Shown here piece by piece: positions 32,277-45,210 of a stretch of DNA of 64,000 nucleotides. Numbering within the stretch: position 1 is the first letter of the stretch; each line of letters begins with the position of its first letter. A model generated the notes under the pieces. The model did no database searches and was not told the DNA's origin. It worked only from the letters and a program-made list of their open reading frames with translations. The stretch lies in the IMG/VR virus record IMGVR_UViG_2834277561_000001, positions 58,688 through 122,687 of that record; one strand, given 5' to 3'. The translations under genes were made by a program, and so were the position numbers. The DNA comes from a virus (taxonomy: Duplodnaviria > Heunggongvirae > Uroviricota > Caudoviricetes).

Positions 32277-33461
32277 ATGAAATTTACAATGGATGTAAAA
32301 GAATTGAAGAAATTAATGAATAAAGGGATTACATCAATCAATAAAAAGTGTGCAATTCCGGCACTCACAAGATTATATTTCCAGGTAGAAGAAAATGGAA
32401 TTGTTAAAATGTTTGGAACAAACATGGATCATTATGTAGAAGTACGATCTAGCAGCGCATATGATACATTCCCTGGAGTTATCGGAATCGATGTTGATGA
32501 TGTTAAGATCATTTCTAAAATGAATGGAATTATTTCACTTGAAAGTATTATACCAGAAAACAAGAATGGAATTGGAAAAGTCGATATTAAATGCGGAAAG
32601 AAAACCGTTTCAATTATTGGATATCAGAAAGATAATGATATTATTCCGGATATGAGTAATACAGGAACAAAAATCATGTCCGTAAAGGAAAACTGGTTAC
32701 TTGAAACAATCGGAAATCTTTCCTTGTATACGCGTTATTCTAGCAGTATTAAAATGATGCAGGTATTCAACTTTAATACGAAAAAGAACCGTATTGAAGC
32801 ACTGGACGGTTATAGAATCGGAATGAGATCACTTGAAAATCAGACAATACATGAGACAACGGAAAATCCATTTGAAACGGTTAAAATTCATAATATGTGT
32901 GTTCCTATATTTAAAAAATTAATGGATAAGAAATCAGAGAAAAATGTGATTATTTATCAGAGTAAAAAGAATATAAGACTTGATGGAAACGATTTTACAT
33001 ACATTATTCGTAGAGTAGATGGGGCATATTATAAAGTAGATCAGATGCTTAAAGTTCCAGAAGAATTTAGGTTTATCCCGGATAGAGAAAACATTCTTGA
33101 TGCGATGAAATACGATGCTGAATTAGCCAAAATGGATTGTGTCAACAAAAAGCCTGTTGTATTCCATAGTGCAAACGGGAAACTTTACTCATATATTCAT
33201 ACGGAAAAATATGAAGCATTCGATGAGTTGGAAACTTATGAAAATAATATGTCAGATAACTTATATGTTGGATTTGATTCAAGACATCTTGCAGATGTGT
33301 TTAGTATTGTGGATTCCGATAAACCTGTTTGTTTTGGACGCAATGCAAAGTCCCCATTGATTATTAATGGAAATGAATATAGTTTTTTGATACTTCCAGT
33401 AAATATTGGAACAGATTATAAAAAGGAATTTTCAGAAAGAAATAAGGAGGAAATTGCTTAA
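32277..33461 (+). CDS. DNA polymerase III beta (sliding clamp)-like protein
   Basis: 394 aa; IPALTRLYF, GTNMD, ALDGYRI, RVDGAY, VGFDSRHL and C-terminal FLILPV correspond to DnaN motifs. Confidence 0.8.
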   Translation: MKFTMDVKELKKLMNKGITSINKKCAIPALTRLYFQVEENGIVKMFGTNMDHYVEVRSSSAYDTFPGVIGIDVDDVKIISKMNGIISLESIIPENKNGIGKVDIKCGKKTVSIIGYQKDNDIIPDMSNTGTKIMSVKENWLLETIGNLSLYTRYSSSIKMMQVFNFNTKKNRIEALDGYRIGMRSLENQTIHETTENPFETVKIHNMCVPIFKKLMDKKSEKNVIIYQSKKNIRLDGNDFTYIIRRVDGAYYKVDQMLKVPEEFRFIPDRENILDAMKYDAELAKMDCVNKKPVVFHSANGKLYSYIHTEKYEAFDELETYENNMSDNLYVGFDSRHLADVFSIVDSDKPVCFGRNAKSPLIINGNEYSFLILPVNIGTDYKKEFSERNKEEIA

Positions 33462-34336
33462 TATGATAGAAGAAAGAAACGGTTTTGAATGCATTGATAA
33501 CGATTGCATGCAATGCAGCAAGTCGTTGGGAAATCGAAAATATCTCTTTATCCAGGCAGTTTGGTTAGATGGAGAAAATGATTATTGTGTTGTTTCGGAT
33601 ATCGAAGATTTAACAACAATGTCTTTAGAAGATATTGAGAGTGCAATCACTGGATATTACGATGATATCGAAGCAATGGAAAAATCTTATGATCTTCCGT
33701 TGGGACAACTTGATTCTGTTATTGCAGAATGTAATTTTGAAGGACGTCCGTTTTGCGATTGGGAACATCAAAGCGAAGTTGTTACATGGAACAGGGCGGA
33801 AGAAATTATTCAGAAGTTTATTGATACTGATGGAGAAATGTTTTTAAGTAGATAAAAACCGCATTTCAAAAGGAGAAATAGATATGGGAAAGAAAAATAA
33901 ACCGCGCTAGAAAGATTTGAATATATATGAACGGCTTGCTAGAAGATATAAACAGCGGGGTGGTTCTGATGAATGGGTTGAATGGCTGCGCCAGAAGACA
34001 ATAGAAAAAAATTGAAAGGACTAAATAAATAGAATGGAATATATTATTGAGAATCTTACAAAAAGAGAAATTGATATTATGGAATCGAGTGATATTGAAT
34101 GGTGTCCTGATGACATATCAAGTAATAATACAGATATTGTAGTTTTCACCCAAAAGGATCGAGATAGAGCATTATATTTAATGGGACGTAAATAAAAAGA
34201 ATAAGAAAGAGAATATTGTAATAGAAAGTTATTTATAAGGAGGAAAATATTATGGCATATTTTGTAGGACAGTGTATTCTTTATGGAATCGTAGGATTTG
34301 TGATTTACGCATTACTTTCATAACGGAAAACTGAAT

Positions 34337-34364
34337 ATAGCAATCGATCTGGTTGCTATTTTTT
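34337..34364 (+). terminator. Intrinsic terminator
   Basis: ATAGCAATC-gatct-GGTTGCTAT followed by a T run. Confidence 0.6.
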
Positions 34365-34399
34365 ATTGAACGAAACAACAATTTCAAGGAGAAAAGCAA

Positions 34400-34603
34400 A
34401 TGGAAAACAATTACATAACAATTTATTCACGGAAATTGGCGGGATATTTATTGCTTAAAGGTTTCAAAATGGAAGATTTTCAGAAAAGCCATAAAGACAG
34501 TGAGAGAACTATTTTTTATTTTTACAATTCGCCGGAATTGTCACGGGCAAAGATGGAATTCGACAGGTTAAAGAATTATAAAGGAAGTATTGTTAATATA
34601 TGA
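34400..34603 (+). CDS. DUF5659-like small protein
   Basis: IYSRKLAGYLLLKGF...TIFYFYNSPEL pattern. Confidence 0.6.
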   Translation: MENNYITIYSRKLAGYLLLKGFKMEDFQKSHKDSERTIFYFYNSPELSRAKMEFDRLKNYKGSIVNI

Positions 34604-35497
34604 GAAGTTCGCATTAACGGAGGTTCAATTATGTATTTGGAAATCGAGATACGGTTTATTGTAAGGAAAATCATTTAGTAGGAAGAATTTTCAAATTATT
34701 AGATGATAACGAGGCATACGTCAAATTTTCGATTTGGGAATCTATTGTAATAAACGTTAGGATTTCGATTAAAGATTTAGTTAAAATAGATAAAACTGAA
34801 ATAAACAAACATATACGACAGTACAATTCTAAACGAAAGAAAATAAGATGATCTTATAAAGGAGGATTTTTTTGTATGTGGCAGTCAGTAAGATATGGAT
34901 TACCGGAAAACGGAGTGGTAGTAGAAACAAAAGTTGACGATGGGAATGGTTGTAGATTAGTTCAGAAGTTAAAAAGGAAGAATGATTTATGGTTTCTTCC
35001 AGATGACAGTATGTATGTTTACTATACACCTACACACTGGAGGTATTAATTTATGGATGAGAATAATGAAATCGAAGAGATGAAATTATATATTGAACAG
35101 CTCGAGGCGGAAAATTCGAGATTAAAAAATTCTATTAGATCATTACGAAATAATAATAAATCTATGTTGCAAGGGCTGAATAAGTTACAAAGTTATGTTT
35201 CAAGACTAAAAAGAGGTGAATTACAATACGACAATTATTGGGTATCTTTATTGATACAGGATGATTATAACAGCCAACCGAGGTTAATAGAAATGCAAGA
35301 ATGTTCTGTATTATTAAAAAATGCTATGAAAGTTATTGATACTGGAAGAAAAAATTACAGAGTTTTAGCTGCTTGGATAGATTGTTTTGATAAAAAGAAT
35401 ACAAAAACAACAGTATTCCACGAGTGTTTTATAGATATTTGTGGAAACATCACGAAATGAAAGGATTATTTCATAAGTTTACAGGAGGAATTATTAT

Positions 35498-36145
35498 ATG
35501 AAAGAACACATTAATACGGAAGGATGTATTACTATTACAAAAGATGAAGCTATGAAAATGATTAATGATTTTAAAGGTGATTCAATTACGGTAAAAATTA
35601 TTCAAAATCAAAAAGAAACCAATAAGATTCCAGTGGGAGATGTAGAAATAGGGCAGACAATATGTAATGGAAAATATGTTGTAGTCGATAGATATACACA
35701 TGGAGATACCTGTATTGTAAGAAAAGGAACCATTACTCAGGATATTCGATTTGGTGAAACGAATAAATGGGGTGAATCAAATTTACGAAAGTATTTAAAC
35801 ACAGAGTATTTAAAAGAAATCATGGATGAATTTGGTGAAATTGAATTACATACGGTTGATATGTTGTCGATGGACGGAGATGACTCTTATGGAAAATGTA
35901 AAGATCTAGTTTCTGCAATGACTTTTGATCGTTGGCGGAAATACCATAAATACATCGGTAATGCGGATTGCATGGAATGGTTATCTACACCAAACCAAAC
36001 GGAAAAATCAAATGATACGCGCTATGTGCGGGTTGTCGACTCCGGTGGTTGCGTGAGCGGCGGCGGTTGCTACTGGTGCGGCTACGGTGTGCGTCCGTTT
36101 TTTATCTTGAAATCATCAATCTTAGTATCTGTAGATAAAGCATGA
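35498..36145 (+). CDS. DGR target protein 2 (remote); DUF6273/C-type-lectin-like C-terminus
   Basis: WGESNLRKYLN, SMDG..YGK, WLSTPNQT, and a C-terminal variable repeat ending GVRPFFILK. Confidence 0.88.
   Translation: MKEHINTEGCITITKDEAMKMINDFKGDSITVKIIQNQKETNKIPVGDVEIGQTICNGKYVVVDRYTHGDTCIVRKGTITQDIRFGETNKWGESNLRKYLNTEYLKEIMDEFGEIELHTVDMLSMDGDDSYGKCKDLVSAMTFDRWRKYHKYIGNADCMEWLSTPNQTEKSNDTRYVRVVDSGGCVSGGGCYWCGYGVRPFFILKSSILVSVDKA
36017..36099 (+). repeat. DGR variable repeat VR2
   Basis: 83-nt match to TR with 16 differences at TR adenines and one T->G difference. Confidence 0.93.
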
Positions 36146-37049
36146 AAGAATCGTTTCAAAGGAGTTTTGATATGAAGATATATGTATTGAAAGAATATAA
36201 CACGGATCGAATAGTCTGCATTTCGGAAAATATTCTACTAATTAAGAAACAATTATGCAATAAAGAATATTTTAGCACGGAATATTCAGATTATCCCATT
36301 ATGTCTGTATGGGATAATGGAATTCAAATTGAAAAATTTGAAGGAATGGATGTGCTTAGAAAAGTTGCAGAAGTTATAAACAATAACTAATGAAAGTCGG
36401 ATTTCGAGGTAAAAGGTATGACAAATTATAAAATAAAACATGGTGATATGGAACTGTGGTTGATTCTTGCAGCATTGGGGAAAGGGGAACAAAGAAAAAA
36501 TCCTGATGATTTTACAAGAAATCCGGATGGAAGCTTACCTGTAAAATTTGAAGTTGGAGGTGTTGAACTGGATTTTTCAAATGTTGCAAAAAGAATAGAA
36601 GATTCTATAGATTCGCTTGTGATGAACAAGGCACAACAATTATTAAACACTAAGTATTCGCGCCTAATTAATGAAATTGAGGATATTCAGAATCGGCTTG
36701 AAGATCAAAAAGCGACTTTATTTAAGTAGTGTGGGTATAATAAATATACTTAACGAAATTTCGGAGGTGATTATTGAAAAACAAAAAGTAGTTAAGTTGT
36801 TAAGAATGGAGGAATCATATATGCTTAAAATTGGTGATACAGTAAAGGTGATTAGAATTACAAATACTGGTGAATTAATTCCAATTGGTACGATATGTAC
36901 CGTTTTGGAAGTGAGGAAAGAATTAGACGGAAAATATTATTATGGAATTGGTGATAATAGATTTTATAGTAAGAGTGTAAACGGTTACTATTTAGAAAAT
37001 GAGTTAGAAAAAGGACATTTAGAATGGATAAAAGAATAGGAGAACAAAC

Positions 37050-38186
37050 ATGAATGGATTAGCGGTAAAAGATATAGAATTTAATGGAGCAACACTGAGA
37101 GCTGCACAGGATGCCGTCGGAAAAATTTGGGTTGGAGTTCGTTGGATATGTCAGGGAATGGGATTTGACGAAAATCGAATTGATAATGAACGTAAAAAAA
37201 TGCAAAAAGATATTGTGGTTTCTAAGGGAGTGAAATTTTACTCCCTTGGACAAGACCGTGCAAAATCAGATGTTCTTTGTATTGATCTTGATTATCTTCC
37301 TCTTTGGCTTGCAAAAATCTCCATTACTCCGACAATGCAGAAGGAAAATCCGGATCTTGTACAGAAACTTATTACATACCAGCTTAAAGCTAAAGATGTT
37401 TTAGCAGAAGCATTTCTTCCGAAGAAAGAAGAAATTGTTCCGGCACAATCGAATATGATTCAGCTGCAATTTCCTAACCTTCCGGATTACAGCGGAAATT
37501 TTCAGGAACTTAATGAAAAGATTAATAAGTTGTATTCCGACATGGGAAAACTTGCAAATCTTTTGATAGAGATGAAAGAAGGAAGCAAAATTTCTGTTGA
37601 TATTCCGAATTCAGTTAATCATGGAAATCTTCTGGAAGTGCTTGAACATTCCGCGATAACTGAATGGAAAAAGAAAATCTATTCCATGATTGACAGGCTT
37701 ATTGATGCCGGAAAATGCAAAGAACGTTCTGAATGTCTTCAATATATCTACAAGTATATGAATAAGAACTATGGTATTGTCTGGGATCAGGAAATGAAAG
37801 AATATGCTATTCAGAACGGAAAGAAACCATCTACAATAGATCTTACATATAATAATGAAACTTATCGTTCAATTTTCGAGTCAATTCTGGTTGATCTTGT
37901 GGAAAATAATACATCACAGGATGAAGAAATGGTATGTATGACGGACAAAATCATTACTCCACTGATTGCGAAATACAATGATAATAGTAATGCCGGATGT
38001 GCTACATATCGGCTCGTGTATGCCAGAATGGATAAGATTAAACCTATTTGTTGGAGTAATCGCGAGGCACGGTATATCAATAAACATGAAAAGAAAACCG
38101 CGACAAAGAAAAATATTATCAATGACAGCAAATCACTGATGAAAATTTTCAGGGCAGCAGTTAAGCAGATGTTGGAGGAAGAGTAA
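37050..38186 (+). CDS. Phage antirepressor, P22 Ant N-terminal-like domain
   Basis: IWVGVRWICQGMG...LCIDLDYLPLWLAKIS...YQLKAKDVLAEAF. Confidence 0.8.
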   Translation: MNGLAVKDIEFNGATLRAAQDAVGKIWVGVRWICQGMGFDENRIDNERKKMQKDIVVSKGVKFYSLGQDRAKSDVLCIDLDYLPLWLAKISITPTMQKENPDLVQKLITYQLKAKDVLAEAFLPKKEEIVPAQSNMIQLQFPNLPDYSGNFQELNEKINKLYSDMGKLANLLIEMKEGSKISVDIPNSVNHGNLLEVLEHSAITEWKKKIYSMIDRLIDAGKCKERSECLQYIYKYMNKNYGIVWDQEMKEYAIQNGKKPSTIDLTYNNETYRSIFESILVDLVENNTSQDEEMVCMTDKIITPLIAKYNDNSNAGCATYRLVYARMDKIKPICWSNREARYINKHEKKTATKKNIINDSKSLMKIFRAAVKQMLEEE

Positions 38187-41100
38187 GATGAGTCTGTATA
38201 CAAGAATGTTGAATAATGGGATTGTAATAAAAAATGCTCAAGATGCTCTTAATATTGCAATTAAAAATGGAGCATATGTTTATATCACTTTAGCTGACGG
38301 AACGGAAATTCATTTAGATCGACCAATACAAATTAATTCTATAGAAGCTACGGCATTGCATAGTGTCGCAGATGGATACTATAAAGCAGAACAGATTAAC
38401 TTAAATGAGTGACTTGTAATTACACATATGGTATAATGGAGGAAAAGAATATGGAAGTTATCAGTGCATTTGAAGTGAGAGGCAAAAGGTTTGTGACAGT
38501 GAAGAACGGAAATAACGTGCACTCAATGCCGGAAAAAGAATTTGCGTGGATTTTGTGCAACGAGAGAAAATATAATAGAGAAATGAAAACGGCAGCATAG
38601 CAATGAAATAATAGATTCATTTGAAAATTGGAGTTGAGAAATTATGAGAATATCTAAAGATATACAAGGAAAAATGCATAAATTAGCACAACTGACTTCA
38701 CAAGCAGCCATGCTTGATAGAGAAATCAATGATTATTTTGAAAGTAAAGGATATGATATTGATGAGCTTCGTAGTGGAGATGGAACAACGCTTGAAGAAT
38801 TAAATTATGGCAATGATATTACAAATACTTTTGTTAATGATTTTGCAAATGGAAAGTATGAATATTGTCGGGATATAGAGTAACAAGAAACCAAGTTTTC
38901 AAATGAAAAGAAAAGGAGATTAATATTATGAACAAAGAAAAACTATACGAGGAATCAAAAGAATTTGCGATTTTTTGCAATTACGGTGTTTTAGGAGCAG
39001 ACAAAAGAAACGTGTATACGTATGGATGTGAACATCCAAGAGGAACTTGTGCAGATGAAATAAAGGTAAAACTTCCAAAAAACAATTGTTTCCAGATTTA
39101 TGAAACAGCTATTGGAGATTTAGCTGTAGAATCTGTATGGGGTTGGCAATATAGTATTAATGATGTTTTACAGGGAAATGAAAAACCATGTTTTTATGCC
39201 ATTGATAAAGATGGAGATGGACATAGAGTTTATTTAGATGAAATTTAACTTTCATAACAGAGAATATTATATGTAGAAACTAATACAAATAATACGTACA
39301 GTTTCTACATATTTTTGATTAGAGGTGATACAATGTTAGAAGCAATAGAATTTAAAGCCGACAGGTTTAAAAAGGGAGATAATTATAATCTGATTGAATT
39401 TACCAAAAACACAGTTATTTTATGTAGTGACTACAAGCTTATGGATACATTAACGAAAGAAATAATCAATACTGTGAACGGCAAGGCAGAATATAACGAT
39501 TATTACTGTGACGATGAAGACGATGGAAATGCAAAATTAGACTTATGTTTTGGTTTGCAACGAATAATTGATATAAACGGACAGAAGATTACTGTTGGTC
39601 TTGAACCGGCAATTATTTATAAGGCAAACAAGCCGGAAGACATATGGCTTTTTGCTTGGCAAGGATGTGATGAGATTAAAACATTGCCGAAATATGAAGA
39701 ATATATTTATCCGATGCTGATATTCAAAGGAAGCAGAAAGACATGGGATGATGGTAAAGACGCTGTATATCAAACTATATGTAATGGTAGATATGGTTGT
39801 TACAATGGTAAATGGATTGATTTGCATGGAGATCATTATGATGAAGAAGTCCATAATTGTAACGGAAAATATAAATTGCATATATCAAGTAAATAGAGGT
39901 GATATAATATTGATAAAGTTAGTAAGAAAAGTGGAATGGGAATTACCTGAATCTCCTAAAACAGAAATGTATATGTATGGCGAAGCTGATTTTGAAGCAA
40001 AATAAAGCCATGCAAGAACCATTGGAAAAGCTATACCAGTATGATAATCAGCCTAATATGAGAAAAAAGATTAAGGAATATATTAGAGAGCTTGAAACGG
40101 AAATTAAAAGAATTGAAGATCATTTAGAGGAACGTATTTATCTTATCGAAAGAAATAAGATCGACATTTATGCCGTTGCCGATAAACTCTTCGAACTTTA
40201 TAATAAAGAGCTTCCAATACCATTAAACAAGCACACTTGCCATAGCTTTTTCGACAGGGTTAGAGCAAGACATATTTGCAAAGCTGTTATCTTGTTGGAT
40301 AATGAAGATGGATTAAGTAATTGGGATAATTGTGAAGCGGAATCATTGGAGGATGCTATAGATATGCTTGATGCTGGATATGGTATTTTACCATTGGTGG
40401 GGTGATTTTATGGAGCATATTAATTTGTTTGAAACAAAAACAGATGAGGAATTGTTAGTATTGTATAATCAATTTCTTGAAGTAGAGAAAACCGCTGGAT
40501 TTTCTGATGATAATGAACTTGGAAAAATTAAAAGAGAGTATGAAAATGATTTTGGTGCAAATACAGCATTAATGCTACAAATAGAACTGACACATACCAT
40601 AGCGGATAGATGGTACAAAAATAATTCAAATCAAAAGAAATATAGATATAAAGTATGACTTTATGCCGATGATTGTATGGAAGGATATATTAGGCTTACT
40701 CCAGAACAGGCAAAATTAGTCTCATTTGCAACTGATTTTAACAATTGGGATATAAGTCAGGATGGTTATTATTGTGGAAATTTTGAAATAGAAGAAAATA
40801 ATCCGATCAATATAGAAAATTTTGATGAGTTTTAATTTTTATCAGGAGAAAATAATATGTATAGCATAGAAGAGATCAAAGAAATTATTGATAATGCAGT
40901 ATTAGAAGAATGTAAAAATTATAATGATTCTTCATCAAGAGAATATATAGGTGTACAATCATTAAAAACAAGATTATATGATGCATTCGGACTTGAAGAT
41001 GATGATATTAGATCAATGAAGGTTAAAATCATTAAGGTTACTCCTGTTATCGAAGTAGTTTCACCTTGGTATAGAGATAAAATTGGAGAAATATATACTG

Positions 41101-41889
41101 TATCCAATAAAAAGGTTGATATGGGGTTAGAAATAGAAGGAATGTATTATCGTATTTTGGGTAAACAAACAAAATATTTAAGATGTTGTGATTGTGAGAT
41201 TGTAAATTGAATTTAATTTTTTGAAAAAAGGAAAATAAAAATGAAGTGGATAAGAAAACAGATAGCAGCATTAGTTCTTGGATTTCTTGATTCTGAAAAG
41301 GAATTAAGAAGCACACCAGTCGAAGTAATAAATGCGTTGAATATTGTTACGGAGTTTATTTCTACGAAATATTGGAAATATTTTTGATTTTAAAGTGAGG
41401 TATAAATGTACGAAAAAATATCTGATGAAATTATTAGACTTGAAAAAGTTAAAAAGTTAAAACAAAAAATATTATCGGAAATCAATGTAAGTCTAAATAG
41501 ATATAGAAATATGATATTTAAAAATCCCAATGATAAGAGTTGTGAATTTTTTATAAAACAAAGTTTTGTATTATTGAAACTGAAAGAATATATTGAATAT
41601 AAATATTCTTTTATGGATTATCAATATAGAAATATTGACAGAGATATTATTATATATACGATTTCTGATAAAGATTTAAACATATGGTCGCAGGAAGATT
41701 ATTCATTTGTAACTAGATTTTTAGTAGAATCTGAAAGAATTGATTATGATGTATCTCAGTTATTAAATGATAAGTATTTTGGATATAGTTTTACAGATAT
41801 ATCAGAAAGTATCTTGTATGATAAGAAACAAAATAAAACTGCATAATTAAAATGACGATTTCATTTGTTAAAAAGAGAATATATAAAAT

Positions 41890-42003
41890 GTGGGTGCATT
41901 TGCATAAGCTGGCGTTGCCCTGACGAGGGAAAACGAGTGCGAGTCTCGTAAATCGGAAACAAGCCGACAGAAGTAAGAACAGGTTCGAGTCCTGTCGCCC
42001 ACA
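41890..42003 (+). ncRNA. 114-nt tRNA-like RNA with no canonical anticodon arm
   Basis: 7-bp acceptor stem GTGGGTG/CGCCCAC plus A; perfect T arm ACAGG-TTCGAGT-CCTGT; enlarged middle with several hairpins. Confidence 0.7.
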
Positions 42004-43116
42004 TTTTTTAATTGGAGAGTTATATATATGTCGAGAATTGTATTGCAAAAGAAAGATAAACAACTCATAGATAGTATTTTCGAGCATCCTGATAATATTT
42101 TCAGTGTGCATTTTGCAGGATATGAAGATACTGTTTGGTGTAAATCTGTTTCGGAAATTTATATGGCATTAGAACAGTTTAAGAGAAATGGATTTGTGAA
42201 AACAGACGAAAATGTAGAATTAGTAGTATAAAAAGGGAATAAAATTATGAATAGAAAAAACAAAAATATAGATCACGAATTTTGTGATTATGATGAAGCT
42301 TACACCCGTGAGTCTGCAAGTGATATTGGATGGTGTGGTAAATGTAAAATTCCAGAATGTCCATATAATAAAGACTTAAATGAAAAGAAACGAATGGGTT
42401 GGAATTTATAATCCAAAGAAAGAAATTTTTGATTATATTTCAGAATCATCTGACGGTATGATTCTTGTGAGTGATTTAAGTATATCAGACGAATCGGTTG
42501 CTGACGATAGGATAAATTGGGAAGAAACACGTTATGTTTGTATTAAGCGTTTTGATGGGGATGAATATGATACTCCACAATGTATTGGAATGTGTTGCAT
42601 AGAAAATATTGATGAAATTTGATTTTCAGGAGAAAATAAATGGGATCGTATGCTATTGCTTATGCAGATAAAAATGGAAATGGATTTTCAAATGATGAAC
42701 CATGGATAGAAGCTGGATTTGAAAAAGATTTAGAGTTGTGCAAAAGAAGAGCTATAGAAATGGTGAAACATGGACTAAAAAAAGTTACAGTATTTAAGTT
42801 TGGTTCGCAATTATGTGACACTTATTCATGGAACTATATAAAAGAACACGTAGTTTGACTTGAGAGGGAATATGAATGATTCAATTAGATAAAATCAAAA
42901 AAATATAACTGAAATAGAAGAGCCAATGGAATTTGCAGGTTGCCTTGATGGAATAAGATTTGCGGCAACAGTGTATTGCAGAGAAAATTATCCAGACGAA
43001 GTGATTCGGGAAAATGGAAAAATAAAAGACATAACAATTTATGGTATGTGTCGCTATCTTGAAAGTAAAGCAGACTAAATGACAATTTTATGGTTATGGA
43101 AAGCAGGTGATACAAA

Positions 43117-43656
43117 GTGAAAATAACAAGATTTAAAGATATTCCTCAATTTACATCTAGTGGATCATATCAAGTGAATTATCCTCTTACAAGTCTTGTA
43201 AGAGAAATTGAAGAAGAAGTCAGTGAAATGGGATTGCAACTTAATCCAAAATTCCAAAGAGGGCATGTGTGGACTGAGGAACAGCAAATCGCATGGATTG
43301 AGTATCATTTACGTGGAGGTAAATCTGGAAATACAATTTATTTGAATAATCCATTTTGGAATTCCTATAGAGAACCGAAGCAAAATGAGTATTCTGATTA
43401 TGTATGTGTTGATGGATTACAAAGAATAACAGCAGCGCAAAGATTTGTTCATAATGAAATTAAAGTATTCGGTTCATATTTTAAAGAATATGAAGATAGA
43501 CTTAGACTTGCAAATGATGCGACAATGATTTTGAATGTAAATAATCTTAAAAGCGAAAAAGAAGTTCTTCAATGGTATATTGATATGAATGCTGGTGGAA
43601 CACCTCATACAAATGAAGAAATTGAACGAGTAAAACAGATGATTGAAGAGTTATAA
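43117..43656 (+). CDS. DUF262 domain protein (standalone)
   Basis: LNPKFQRGHVWTEEQQ...CVDGLQRIT...MNAGGTP. Confidence 0.82.
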   Translation: MKITRFKDIPQFTSSGSYQVNYPLTSLVREIEEEVSEMGLQLNPKFQRGHVWTEEQQIAWIEYHLRGGKSGNTIYLNNPFWNSYREPKQNEYSDYVCVDGLQRITAAQRFVHNEIKVFGSYFKEYEDRLRLANDATMILNVNNLKSEKEVLQWYIDMNAGGTPHTNEEIERVKQMIEEL

Positions 43657-45210
43657 TGTAAATGAAAAATTGCTTTCATAAGGAGGTATCATGATAGGAA
43701 CTTTTGATCTTAATTTTGAGAAGCAACTTATAAAAAATTATGCAGAAGAAACTTATGAATTTCTTATAGATAGAGCTGATTCAAGACAACTTGAGAAAGA
43801 TTTTGTTTTTCAAGAGTTTTTAAAACAACTTAATGCTTTGGCAAAGAAAAATGGAATTTTATAAATACATGGAATTGTTTTAGATAGGTAATTTATATGA
43901 CGTATGAAGAAATGCAAAAAATCAAACATTTACGAGAAGTAACTTTTGTTATGGTTGAAGAATCATCGAGTGGAATTGAATGTACTAAAAATAGATTTGG
44001 TAGCAGAACTATGGATGACTGCAAGAACGTTACTTTTGAAAAAATTGAATTAAAAAAAATTGATAATGACATTTTTCATATAAGAAAAGAATATTATGGT
44101 AGGAATCTATGGGTAATGTTATGAGATTAAGTTGTTTTTAATATAGAATGGAGTTGATTACGTGAAAAGAATTAAAATGAAAAATAATACAACAAAATTT
44201 GTATGGGACGGAGATAACTGCATAGATAAATATACAGAGTTTATAGAACAGTATTATTATGATTCAGAAAAAGAAAAGATGGAACATAAAAAAGAAATGG
44301 AATCAGATGGTTGGAATGATTCTGGTCAAGTTATGGAAATGATAAGCGGTTCTTTAATGCCAGGAGCTAAAAATCCTCCGGTGCATGTCTGGTTTGGAAG
44401 TTATTACAAAACAATTAGAGAATAAAATGAAAGATTGTTTTCAGGGAGTGATAATAATGACTGTTGAACAAGCTAACGGAAATTATAATTATATGTATGA
44501 ATTTAGGATTGATAAGTCCTGGTATCCATGCCATTTATTAAATGATTCTGTAGAAAACGAACACTGTATGATTTTTACTAGAAACGGATCAGTGATACAT
44601 GAACAATTACAGGACATTAGAAAGATGCGTAAAGAAGATTATTTACAGAACAGGAAAGAAGTTGTTGAATGGCTTGGAAAATGGGCTTATAATCATGGGA
44701 TTCATGAAAATGTACATGATGATTTGAAACTTTTTGATTCAGTAGATGATTTGATGAGAAGTTAAAACAGACATTTCGAAAGGAAAAATATGAACGAATA
44801 TATGAACGAACCCATAGAACGAATCTGGGTGCCGGAAGATGTTGTAAATACCTATAAGAAATTGCAGGATAAAGCAGCTGTGGCAAAAATTTTTTGCATT
44901 CCGGTAAAACAAGTGACGAAGATTTTGAACGATAACAAATAACGAAAGAGGTATTTCAATGGATATTTGTAAAACAAGAACTAAACTTAAACCCAAGGGA
45001 ACAAAAGAAAGTTTTATAGACGAGAAGAAGCATACTCATAGTTACGAGAGACGGATAGATGGAGTTGAATTATGGTTTGAACATGATGAAAATAATGAAA
45101 TAATCTATTTTCGCCGAAGATATAATAGATTGGAGGCAATATATGGAATTATTGATCATGATGATAAGTATACAGAAGAAGACTATATTCGCAATTAGAA
45201 AAAGAACCGC

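Larger units (their letters stand above)
26359..44958. repeat. Dispersed 16-bp palindrome TGAAA-N6-TTTCA at gene junctions
   Basis: Perfect copies at 26359, 29618, 31232, 31572, 31865, 32244, 35458, 36143, 39239, 42613, 43663 and 44428; one-mismatch copies at 27341, 27430, 29884, 30454, 30984, 33853, 34371, 36391, 38604, 38886, 41848 and 44943; further copies at 2144, 52733, 54709, 55049 and 60772. Confidence 0.9.
23684..45198 (+). other. Dense array of about 60 short co-oriented ORFs (putative early/host-interaction region), mostly without recognisable domains
   Basis: Head-to-tail 50-200 aa ORFs with Firmicute SD sites, e.g. 23684, 24035, 24825, 26740, 27462, 28574, 30171, 35053, 38928, 39333, 41406, 44162. 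Confidence 0.85.

Noticed and set aside
41919-41965. Hammerhead ribozyme (CTGACGA ... GAAA)
   Set aside because: Stems I-III cannot be formed around the core; CTGACGA fits better in the CCCT-gacg-AGGG hairpin
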